Assembly (NCBI GenBank): GCA_964446385.1
Contig: CAYUOH010000013.1
Span: forward strand, 1-55,182
Origin: an uncultured Oscillospiraceae bacterium
GTDB lineage: Bacteria > Bacillota > Clostridia > Oscillospirales > Ruminococcaceae
Reading direction: 5' to 3'
Length of the DNA: 55,182 nt
Shown here piece by piece: positions 9,621 to 17,671 of the stretch. The position numbers were made by a program, and so were the translations under genes. The notes beneath the pieces were generated by a model that was given only the letters and a program-made list of their open reading frames with translations, made no database searches and had not been told where the DNA came from. The first letter of the stretch is position 1. Every line of letters starts with the position of its first letter.

Positions 9621-10748
9621 ATGAAAATTACCTTTAATAAAATATTCTTTTCGGTTTTTATATTGTTATGGTTTGCAGCCGTACTAATCAATATACTGAC
9701 TCCCTTTCGAAGTTACTCAGAAAACGAGAACAGATATTTTTCGAAAATCCCGGAATACAGCTTTGATACACTGATTAACGGGGAATTCATGAACAAGGTT
9801 AATGATTATGTAAATGACCAGTTTATCGCACGGGATAACTGGATAAGCGCCCAGAGCATGTTGGAATATTTCATCGGTAAACGTGAAAGCAATAACGTCT
9901 TTATATGCAAAGATTCTCTTATCGGTAAAATCGACGGACCCAATGAAGAATATATAAAGGATAATATAGCAGGCATATATGATTTTATTACTGCAACGGA
10001 AACGCCCGCAAGTCTTATGATAATCCCGGGCGCATCTGAAATACTGTCTCACAAACTTCCGTCGTTTGCCAGGGTTTGGGATCAGAAAGAGAAGATCGAT
10101 GAAATATATAATTCGATCAATTTCGCAAAATGTATTTCTGTCTATGAAACATTGTCAGATCACAAAGATGAGTATATCTATTACCGCACCGATCATCACT
10201 GGACGACATATGGCGCATACCTGGCATATACTGATTATTGCAATGCCTGTGGCTTAAGTCCGGCCGAATATGCCGCGGATAAAATAAGTAAGTCTTTTAA
10301 CGGCACTCTTTATTCGAGTTCCGGAGTAAGGTTTATTAATAGCGATACTATTGAAGCGTTTATCGTCGGATCCGATGCCTACTGCGATATTTTCGACGGA
10401 AATAATACACAACGATATGACAGCATATACTTCCCCGATTATCTTAATAAAAAGGATAAATACGCATATTTTCTGGGTACCAACCAGCCGGTTGTCACAG
10501 TATACGGAGATAATGTAAACGGACCCAGGCTGATTTTATTTAAAGATTCTTATGCTCATTGTATGGCACCGATGCTGCTTGAGCATTACAGTCAAATAAC
10601 TCTTGTCGATTTGCGGTATATTAACCGTCAGTTCGATTACTATTTTGACGTCAACGATTATGACGAAGCGTTGTTTTTATACAGTATTGATACTTTTGGC
10701 AATCAAAACGATATCAGTAAACTGAGCACCTATAAGAACGCGGATTGA
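9621..10748 (+). CDS. DHHW-motif family protein (AlgX/AlgJ/DltD-like partner of MBOAT)
   Basis: N-terminal signal-anchor, YRTDHHWTTYGAY (the DHHW signature); located immediately after the MBOAT gene. Confidence 0.75.
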   Translation: MKITFNKIFFSVFILLWFAAVLINILTPFRSYSENENRYFSKIPEYSFDTLINGEFMNKVNDYVNDQFIARDNWISAQSMLEYFIGKRESNNVFICKDSLIGKIDGPNEEYIKDNIAGIYDFITATETPASLMIIPGASEILSHKLPSFARVWDQKEKIDEIYNSINFAKCISVYETLSDHKDEYIYYRTDHHWTTYGAYLAYTDYCNACGLSPAEYAADKISKSFNGTLYSSSGVRFINSDTIEAFIVGSDAYCDIFDGNNTQRYDSIYFPDYLNKKDKYAYFLGTNQPVVTVYGDNVNGPRLILFKDSYAHCMAPMLLEHYSQITLVDLRYINRQFDYYFDVNDYDEALFLYSIDTFGNQNDISKLSTYKNAD

Positions 10749-10770
10749 CATTTATATTAGGAGGTTATTT

Positions 10771-11640
10771 ATGAGTACTCAATCAAAAAGGAACTTTTTC
10801 TATCGTGTTTTATGCGGTGCATTCATCGGTATCAGTATTATTGCGCCCGGTATAAGCGGAAGTATTATGGCGGTTATGATGGGAATATATGATGAACTTA
10901 TAGATATAATCTCAAATCCTTTCAGAAATTTTAAAAAAAATATCATTTACCTACTCCCCATGTGTATCGGTGCCGGATTAAGTATGGTTTTATGTCTTAA
11001 ATTGTTGAAATTCGTATTCGAATATTATCCTACGCCGGGATACCTGCTGTTTATAAGCCTGATTGCGGGCAGCTTCCCTGCAGTACTGCAGGAAGCAAAA
11101 GCAGACAAATTCAAAGTAAGATATATTTTCGGAGCGTTAATTGCCTTCGCATTTGCACTGACTATCGGTTTTCTGGCAAAGAACGATGTCGCTGTAACTG
11201 TTGATACGGCATCGGCAGGCAATACAGCAAGGATGGTATACCTATCTGCGAGCGGAGCTGTTGCGGGGATTGCAGGCATGATCCCGGGAATGAGCGTATC
11301 AATGATCCTTATGATGCTTAATGTGTATGAGCCTCTCCTTAATGCTGCCGCGGGATTTGATGTCATAACAATTTTTCCTGTCGGAATGTGCTTTGTAGTC
11401 GGAATGATCTTGTGTTCAAAACTTACTAAATTCATTTTTAGAAAATATCACGGCATCGGTTATTTTGCGGTTTTGGGTTTTATGTCAGGCTCGATTATAA
11501 GTATATTCCCCGGATTGCCAAACGGATTATTGGATTGGGTTCTGAGTATCATTGCTGTCGGTACCGGAATAGGTATTTCATATATATTTAAAATACTTGG
11601 TAAGAAAATCAATACAAGCAATAATTTACAAAATGAATAG
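10771..11640 (+). CDS. DUF368-like polytopic membrane protein (putative polyprenyl-phosphate translocase PopT-like)
   Basis: Two-repeat membrane protein with PGISGS and PGMSVS motifs in each half, consistent with the DUF368 family; assignment made from memory of the family motif. Confidence 0.5.
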   Translation: MSTQSKRNFFYRVLCGAFIGISIIAPGISGSIMAVMMGIYDELIDIISNPFRNFKKNIIYLLPMCIGAGLSMVLCLKLLKFVFEYYPTPGYLLFISLIAGSFPAVLQEAKADKFKVRYIFGALIAFAFALTIGFLAKNDVAVTVDTASAGNTARMVYLSASGAVAGIAGMIPGMSVSMILMMLNVYEPLLNAAAGFDVITIFPVGMCFVVGMILCSKLTKFIFRKYHGIGYFAVLGFMSGSIISIFPGLPNGLLDWVLSIIAVGTGIGISYIFKILGKKINTSNNLQNE

Positions 11641-11728
11641 TATGATCATTCGACTTTGACAGAAGGCTGGAGCAGACAGAATAGAAAGCAAACATACAGT
11701 ATATTGAAACATTGAAAGAAGAGAAAAC

Positions 11729-12283
11729 ATGGATGTAATTACAAATATAGATTTTTCTATATTGGATTTTATTTACACACATTTTTCATGCGAATTATTA
11801 GATTTTCTGATGCCGAGAATCACTTCTCTCGGTAATGCCGGTGTAATTTGGATATTGGCATCTTTAGTTTTAGTCTGCACAAAAAAATATAGAATGAACG
11901 GAGTTATAATGCTTATTAGTCTGAGTGTTGGTGCATTGGTGGGCAATATAATATTAAAGCCGCTAATCGCTCGTCCCCGTCCTTGCTGGATAAACGAAAC
12001 GATATCCTTGCTAATAAACATTCCAAGAGATTATTCATTTCCATCAGGACATACACTTTCATCAGTAATTGGGGCCGTTTCGTTTACTGTCGCTAACCGG
12101 AAATTCGGGCTTATTGCTATACCGCTTGCCGCTTTAATTGCATTTTCACGACTTTATCTTTATTTGCATTTTCCGAGCGATATTTTAGCTGGTATGGTGC
12201 TTGGCATAGTAATCGCGTACACGCTCTGGAAGATGCTTAACCCTCTATTAATAAAGCAGCAAACTGATAATTGCCCGAAATAA
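11729..12283 (+). CDS. PAP2 family phosphatase (undecaprenyl-diphosphatase-like)
   Basis: All three PAP2 motifs present: KPLIARPRP, PSGH, SRLYLYLHFPSD. Confidence 0.8.
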   Translation: MDVITNIDFSILDFIYTHFSCELLDFLMPRITSLGNAGVIWILASLVLVCTKKYRMNGVIMLISLSVGALVGNIILKPLIARPRPCWINETISLLINIPRDYSFPSGHTLSSVIGAVSFTVANRKFGLIAIPLAALIAFSRLYLYLHFPSDILAGMVLGIVIAYTLWKMLNPLLIKQQTDNCPK

Positions 12284-12435
12284 ACGCAGGGAGAAGATAT
12301 ACAGTAGTAATGGATTATTCAAATTATTAATCAGCCTAGTTATGAAGGTTTAGCCAAACTATTGAAAAGTATCAAACCTCAGGAAATACGGGAGAAACCG
12401 TTTCATATATTATCAATTTGTGATATAAAGCAACC

Positions 12436-12472
12436 CGCCCCGGGAGTCTATCCGACCGGGGCGAGTTTTTCT
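12436..12472 (+). terminator. Rho-independent terminator of the MBOAT-PAP2 operon
   Basis: Stem CGCCCCGG/CCGGGGCG with a 12-nt loop, followed by TTTTT. Confidence 0.65.
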
Positions 12473-12702
12473 TATTTCATTTGCGTTTATACTTCCTGTC
12501 AAGATGATGCCGATGATTGAACCTGCCAGGTAATCGGTGCAATCCTTACAAAAAGTCACATAAAATAATGAAAGGCAACTCCAAGAACTGCGCTCCCTCG
12601 TTTTTCTGTGGTGACTTTAGGGGTCAGGATATTTAATTGTCGAAAGAAAATATTGCGAGAATTTTGTAGCTTTGAACAACACTTGCGCTGTTAGATTCTA
12701 GT

Positions 12703-14121
12703 TTAAAACCCCTCGCTGATTATCAGATTACCATTGCCTGCGAATTTCGATGCTGCATCATACTTATGCCAAATCTGATATGTCACGCTGTAACCCTTGC
12801 AGGTAATCTTTACTGTATATCTTGCAGTGGGATCGTAGGAGAACATTTGATTAACATCTATGGAGAGATGCGTTTTTCCACCTCCCAGATCATCGTTGAG
12901 ATTAAAATACTGAATTTGTGTGATATCTAGAGGTACACCATTTCTACTTACTTCATAATCATAACTCAGGTAATGATTATTGCTTTTGGTGCGAATGTAA
13001 ATACTATAATGCCCCAAATTTGGTTGATCAATTTCTTCTACTCCGCCAAAGATATGACAGCTTATAGATCTCATTTCTTCCACAGGCCCGACAACGACTA
13101 AATCGAAAGCCATCCCGTCCATGTTATCTTCAAATTTAGCGTACTGGGTTTCATCTACAAATACCTTTTTCAGAGACCTGCAATCAACAAGAGGTGCGAT
13201 ATCAACAATCTGCGTACCGCTAATACACAATTCTTTCAACCGTGAAAGATTTTCGATGCCGGAAATATCTCTGATGGGATTTCCTGTAAGATCTAAATAT
13301 TCAATGTTGCGCAGTACCCAGAGCGGGCTCGCATCGGTAATCAGATTCGCTGCGACAGTAAGTTCCTTTAAATTCTTCAGTTGTGAAAAGTCGCTAACGC
13401 TTTCGATGCTGCCAAAATGTGCAGTACTCTCATTTCCGTGAAAAAAAACGGCCGGATTCTTCTGATGGTTCTCGTAGTCTATCTCTGTCCCAATGAACGA
13501 AGTATCACTGCGTTGTTCATCCACGCTTTCCCCATAAAGATAGACATGCTCAATATCCGACATTCGTCCGGAATATCCTAATTTTGCGAGCAGTGAATCC
13601 TCAGATACTTTCGCTCCGACCTGCGTGGCGAGAACTACAGTGAACGCAACTGTGAGCAATATGACTCCGCTTAGCCCCCAGGTCGTCCAACTAGCCGCGC
13701 GTTTTTGAGCAGTAGTAACCTGAAGATTCCGCATAAGTGTGGAAAAGACAAGTTTGTCCAGAAAGGCTTCCTCGGAAGCACAATCATGCCGTAAAATCCC
13801 TTGCTGCGTATTTAGCAGCAATCGCTGCGTGGGCGTAAGGCTGACTGGAGCAATATGCACAACCAAGAGAGGATTATTCATCTGAACAGCATATGTGATA
13901 GTTCGGTTGACCTCGTAGTTTTCTAATGCTGCAGGCGATAAAAGGAGCAAAACAAGAGCAGACTTTTTGATACGCATTTTATCAAAACGTGTACTCGGCC
14001 AGACTTCATATCCCTTATCCCGTAAAGCCAAGAGCACCTTCATTACATATTCACTGTCTTCCGGTGCGAACATCGCATAGACAAACGGTTTGCCATTTCC
14101 AGAATAAGGTTTGAACTCCAT
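12703..14121 (-). CDS. membrane protein: N-terminal divergent TIR domain, 1 TM helix, C-terminal leucine-rich repeats plus a beta-rich domain (472 aa)
   Basis: The N-terminus PFVYAMFAPEDSEYVMKVLLALRDKGYEVW aligns to the TIR fold but the FISY/CE motifs are degenerate; TM at about aa 148-168; internalin-type LRRs (LKELTVAANLITDASPL..LDLTGNPIRDISGIENLSRLKELCISGTQIVDIAPL); AAGGAGG SD 12 nt after the upstream gene stop. Confidence 0.7.
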   Translation of the reverse strand: MEFKPYSGNGKPFVYAMFAPEDSEYVMKVLLALRDKGYEVWPSTRFDKMRIKKSALVLLLLSPAALENYEVNRTITYAVQMNNPLLVVHIAPVSLTPTQRLLLNTQQGILRHDCASEEAFLDKLVFSTLMRNLQVTTAQKRAASWTTWGLSGVILLTVAFTVVLATQVGAKVSEDSLLAKLGYSGRMSDIEHVYLYGESVDEQRSDTSFIGTEIDYENHQKNPAVFFHGNESTAHFGSIESVSDFSQLKNLKELTVAANLITDASPLWVLRNIEYLDLTGNPIRDISGIENLSRLKELCISGTQIVDIAPLVDCRSLKKVFVDETQYAKFEDNMDGMAFDLVVVGPVEEMRSISCHIFGGVEEIDQPNLGHYSIYIRTKSNNHYLSYDYEVSRNGVPLDITQIQYFNLNDDLGGGKTHLSIDVNQMFSYDPTARYTVKITCKGYSVTYQIWHKYDAASKFAGNGNLIISEGF

Positions 14122-14132
14122 ATTCTCCTCCT

Positions 14133-15269
14133 TTACTCGGTCACTACCACTTCAAAGTTACCGGTAATTATATCCGAAACATAAGGCACCATATCAAGGC
14201 TTACATAGAGTTTCTGTAAGCCCGTCATTTCCAGAGCAGGTGATAAATCTGTAATACCGGTGTGTGAGAGTTTTAGAACTGAGATATTGTCCAAACCGGA
14301 AAGAGGCATCAAATCCTTAACATCATTACCGGAAAGATCAAGGTATGTTAGTTTGGTAAGATTCTGTAGCGCCGTCAAATCAGTAATGTTTTGATAACAG
14401 ATCGCCAGCTCATTGAGATTGATCAGTTTGGAAATGGCGGTCAGGTCGGAGATATCGCCACGCTGCACCGCTGTACCGCCGACGCAAAATGCGCCGTTCT
14501 GATAATCGATTCCGCTGCGAGTGGTTACAAACGCGTTTCCGCAACAGTAGAGAGCTTCACCGCTAGTCTGAGAGATAATAAGATCACGCATCATCGTACT
14601 GGACCAGGTGGTCATCTCAATGATCTGTGCGCTTTCTTCCGAATTGCCCGGGGTGACGGCCAAAGTCGTCGTGGTTAATCCGGGTTTCTCGCCAAACCAG
14701 CCGCGCATATATCCCAACAGTGCAACGCCGAATACTACAGCCAACGCGATACCGACTATTCCGACGATCAATGCTGTGTTCAGGTGTTTGGGGTTTGGAT
14801 CACGCTCAATTTCATAGCCTTCCTTGCCGTCTCCGATCAGTTCATTTTGCAACGCACCGGATTGAATGAGCCTTTCTGCGGTATCAGCAGCTATGCTACC
14901 CGCAGTAATATTTGTCGCGGGCGAAAGCTGCATCTTCATTCCCGGTGGCATCGGTGCGTCGTCCATGCACACACATGCCATCGTCTTTTTCGCATCAACG
15001 GCGAAATTGATTTCCCGCTCGCAGTTACGGTTTGTGTTGAAATTTTCTGACGGAAAGAATAGCACGACGGTAGCGTTTTCAAGATGATTGGCGATAAACT
15101 CTGCCCAGCGTGCGCCCGCCTCGATGCCTTCGTCGTACCAGACACGATATCCGCGTTTGTGTAGTTCCTCCGCAATCGGTAACACCGCAACGCTGTCCAC
15201 GTGTGCATAGCTGATAAAAATGAATGGTTTTTCTCCGCGGTAGACCGGAAACCTCGCTCTTGAAGCCAT
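14133..15269 (-). CDS. membrane protein: N-terminal canonical TIR domain, 1 TM helix, C-terminal leucine-rich repeats (378 aa)
   Basis: KPFIFISYAHVD...RVWYDEGIEAGARW...NCEREINFAV are the classic bacterial TIR motifs, including the putative catalytic Glu; TM IVGIVGIALAVVFGVALLGY; LRRs LTKLTYLDLSGNDVKDLMPLSGLDNISVLKLSHTGITDL. Confidence 0.8.
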   Translation of the reverse strand: MASRARFPVYRGEKPFIFISYAHVDSVAVLPIAEELHKRGYRVWYDEGIEAGARWAEFIANHLENATVVLFFPSENFNTNRNCEREINFAVDAKKTMACVCMDDAPMPPGMKMQLSPATNITAGSIAADTAERLIQSGALQNELIGDGKEGYEIERDPNPKHLNTALIVGIVGIALAVVFGVALLGYMRGWFGEKPGLTTTTLAVTPGNSEESAQIIEMTTWSSTMMRDLIISQTSGEALYCCGNAFVTTRSGIDYQNGAFCVGGTAVQRGDISDLTAISKLINLNELAICYQNITDLTALQNLTKLTYLDLSGNDVKDLMPLSGLDNISVLKLSHTGITDLSPALEMTGLQKLYVSLDMVPYVSDIITGNFEVVVTE

Positions 15270-15465
15270 TTTCCTTTACCTCAATATTATTAAAATCCTG
15301 TATATGATTGTCAATGGCTGAACAGATATGATATTGCATTCCACGGTGTAACCAAGTACATCATTTCAGAAGCGATATGTGCTCGCTCTGCTTTATGCAG
15401 ACATTCCACGAGTCTACCATAGCGTGCGTATATTTTTAATACTATTATATCTAGAAAAACTTATA

Positions 15466-15494
15466 ATTGAAAGGGTTGCACTTTAATGCTATAT
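15466..15494 (+). promoter_or_regulatory. candidate sigma-A promoter TTGAAA-17-TATATT for the HD/RyR operon
   Basis: Hexamers with a 17-nt spacer about 95 nt upstream of the start at 15590, in the divergent intergenic region. Confidence 0.35.
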
Positions 15495-15589
15495 TTCTGT
15501 TAAAAGAAATATTCACTTTTATGGTAGCTGAATAATAATCGTTATGTATTAATGTGGCACTAACCCGCAATAAGGAAGGAGTTCGAGAA

Positions 15590-17617
15590 ATGAGTTATCG
15601 CGCGCTCAATAATATGCGAAATAAGAATCTTGATAAGTATCATTTGGAACACACAGTCCGAATTCCCCCTTTACCTGAGACAAAACGGAATTATGGCAAA
15701 GAGGCACTGCTTTTTATCCGCGACTGCTGTGAAGACCTAAAATTTGACTATAGTACAGAATCACGCAGATCTTTTTCCGATTCTGACGGCAGAAGCGCCG
15801 GGAAAAACCAGATTCCATACAACATGGAGCGTGACCTGGATCGCCTCAGTTTTGAAGTGGCAATCGGGCGGTTTCTCTCCTCCGGTTCAAAGGAGGACGC
15901 ATTTGATATCTATTATTGCTACTGCGAGATTTTCAAGCCGTTTGGCACAGGTTATGATTCCACGGGGTTACTGCTGGAACTTTTGAGCGAGCACGAATCC
16001 AATGCAAGTTCGCTTCTTATGAAGCATCGTGACCATTATTCTCACAGCGTATATGTTTTCCTTATCGGGCTTGTCATCTACAAGAATCTATCTTCATTTC
16101 GGACAGCTTACAACAGTAAGTACGGATTTAAGGACAGCAAAGAAGCCTCGTGCCATTTTCTTGAGTATTGGGGACTAACCTCTCTGTTTCACGATGTCGG
16201 ATATCCCTTTGAAATCGCGCATCAACAGATGAAATCTTATGTATGCAAACTGGATTCGAATAACAACGACGCCTTCGGTTTTTCACCATATGTGTCATAC
16301 CGTAATGTAGACGAGTTTGCGTTATCCAGGCTCGGCGATTTAAACGATTTTTACGCAAAAGCTATCATCGAACGCCTTTGCGAGGGTTACCTAAGCCACA
16401 CGGACATCGAACCCTATTATGCAGAGCACCAGCTTCAAAAGGCCCTGAAGGATCGCGCGATCCATGAAAATCCGACAGAAAAGGATTACCTCTACATGGA
16501 TCACGCTTATTTCAGTGGACTAATTATGGCAAAGACCTATCTCAAGCGACACAAGGAAATTGACCGCTATGAAATGTTGCCGCCTGCGGTGCTGGATGCG
16601 TTATGTGCCATAATTCTGCATAACAGCCTGTTTAAATTTACCATGCGCTCTTTTTTACACACGCAGGAACCTCTGCGCCTCTCCGACGGGCAGCCCCTCT
16701 GTTACCTGCTGATGTTTTGCGATGAGTTGCAGTGTTGGGACAGAACCTCCTATGGGCAGAACAGCCGAAATGGTATTTACGCGTTTGATTTTGATCTGGA
16801 GTTTACGCGTGACGGAATGCGCTGGATTTACTATTATGACCAAAGTTACGAAAGAAAGGTATTGAATGCGAAGTCATACGCCGACATGCTCTATGATGGG
16901 TATAGGAAAAAAACAGGCGCAGTGCGGAACGGTCGCAGCAGGTTTGTGGACGACATAGATGAAATCACCTTCATCCGAGACATCGTTACAGCATTTGAAC
17001 CGAATGTGAATACGCCAGATCCCAGTGCAATTATAGAAACTCGTATCGAAAAAAAGCAGAAGCGCACGGGACTGTATCTTTCTGATAGCAATTATCTCAA
17101 CCTATATTCTTTTGCCCTCGCTCTTAACGGGCGCTACGCAGGTGCCAAAACTGTAGAGCAAATGAAAACAGCCTTTGAAGAAAACCTGTCGCTTGAATAT
17201 AAACTTTCCAATATTGCGCAAGCAAAGGGATTTGCCGCGCAGTTGGAGTCAATCGACTGTTTTTATACCGACCGAGCGGTTGATTATTTACCCGTGACCG
17301 ATTTTCATGCGCTTACACAGGAAAGGGGACACGAGAACGACCTTATGAAAATAGCCGTTGCGGAGCATGAACGCTGGTGCAAAGAGAAGTGCGCAATGGG
17401 TTGGGATTACGGCACCGCTCATGTTGAAGCTGACATACTGCCCGACGGCAGTAAAATGAACGACAACGAAATGCGCGAGCGCACAAGGCTGCACCACGAC
17501 ATAACTGACTTTGACCATCTGGATGCGCAGGAGCATTTTAAGGACTCCGATCCGATGGAACATATGCTGGAGTTGATTCGAGAATACGACGGGCTGACCA
17601 TTTATCGCACCGAATGA
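15590..17617 (+). CDS. HD-domain phosphohydrolase fused to a C-terminal RyR (ryanodine-receptor-type) domain, 675 aa
   Basis: HD signature H(RDHYSHS)...LFHDVGYP...D; C-terminus AEHERWCKEKCAMGWDYG...HHDITDFDHLDAQEH matches the RyR-domain consensus (HE.W...GW.YG). AAGGAAGGA SD before the ATG at 15590; the ORF-track start at 15554 is less likely. Confidence 0.7.
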   Translation: MSYRALNNMRNKNLDKYHLEHTVRIPPLPETKRNYGKEALLFIRDCCEDLKFDYSTESRRSFSDSDGRSAGKNQIPYNMERDLDRLSFEVAIGRFLSSGSKEDAFDIYYCYCEIFKPFGTGYDSTGLLLELLSEHESNASSLLMKHRDHYSHSVYVFLIGLVIYKNLSSFRTAYNSKYGFKDSKEASCHFLEYWGLTSLFHDVGYPFEIAHQQMKSYVCKLDSNNNDAFGFSPYVSYRNVDEFALSRLGDLNDFYAKAIIERLCEGYLSHTDIEPYYAEHQLQKALKDRAIHENPTEKDYLYMDHAYFSGLIMAKTYLKRHKEIDRYEMLPPAVLDALCAIILHNSLFKFTMRSFLHTQEPLRLSDGQPLCYLLMFCDELQCWDRTSYGQNSRNGIYAFDFDLEFTRDGMRWIYYYDQSYERKVLNAKSYADMLYDGYRKKTGAVRNGRSRFVDDIDEITFIRDIVTAFEPNVNTPDPSAIIETRIEKKQKRTGLYLSDSNYLNLYSFALALNGRYAGAKTVEQMKTAFEENLSLEYKLSNIAQAKGFAAQLESIDCFYTDRAVDYLPVTDFHALTQERGHENDLMKIAVAEHERWCKEKCAMGWDYGTAHVEADILPDGSKMNDNEMRERTRLHHDITDFDHLDAQEHFKDSDPMEHMLELIREYDGLTIYRTE

Positions 17618-17671
17618 TTTTCTGAATTTAATATAAATCCCTCTGTAAATGCGCTGTAGAAAGGAGTATGT

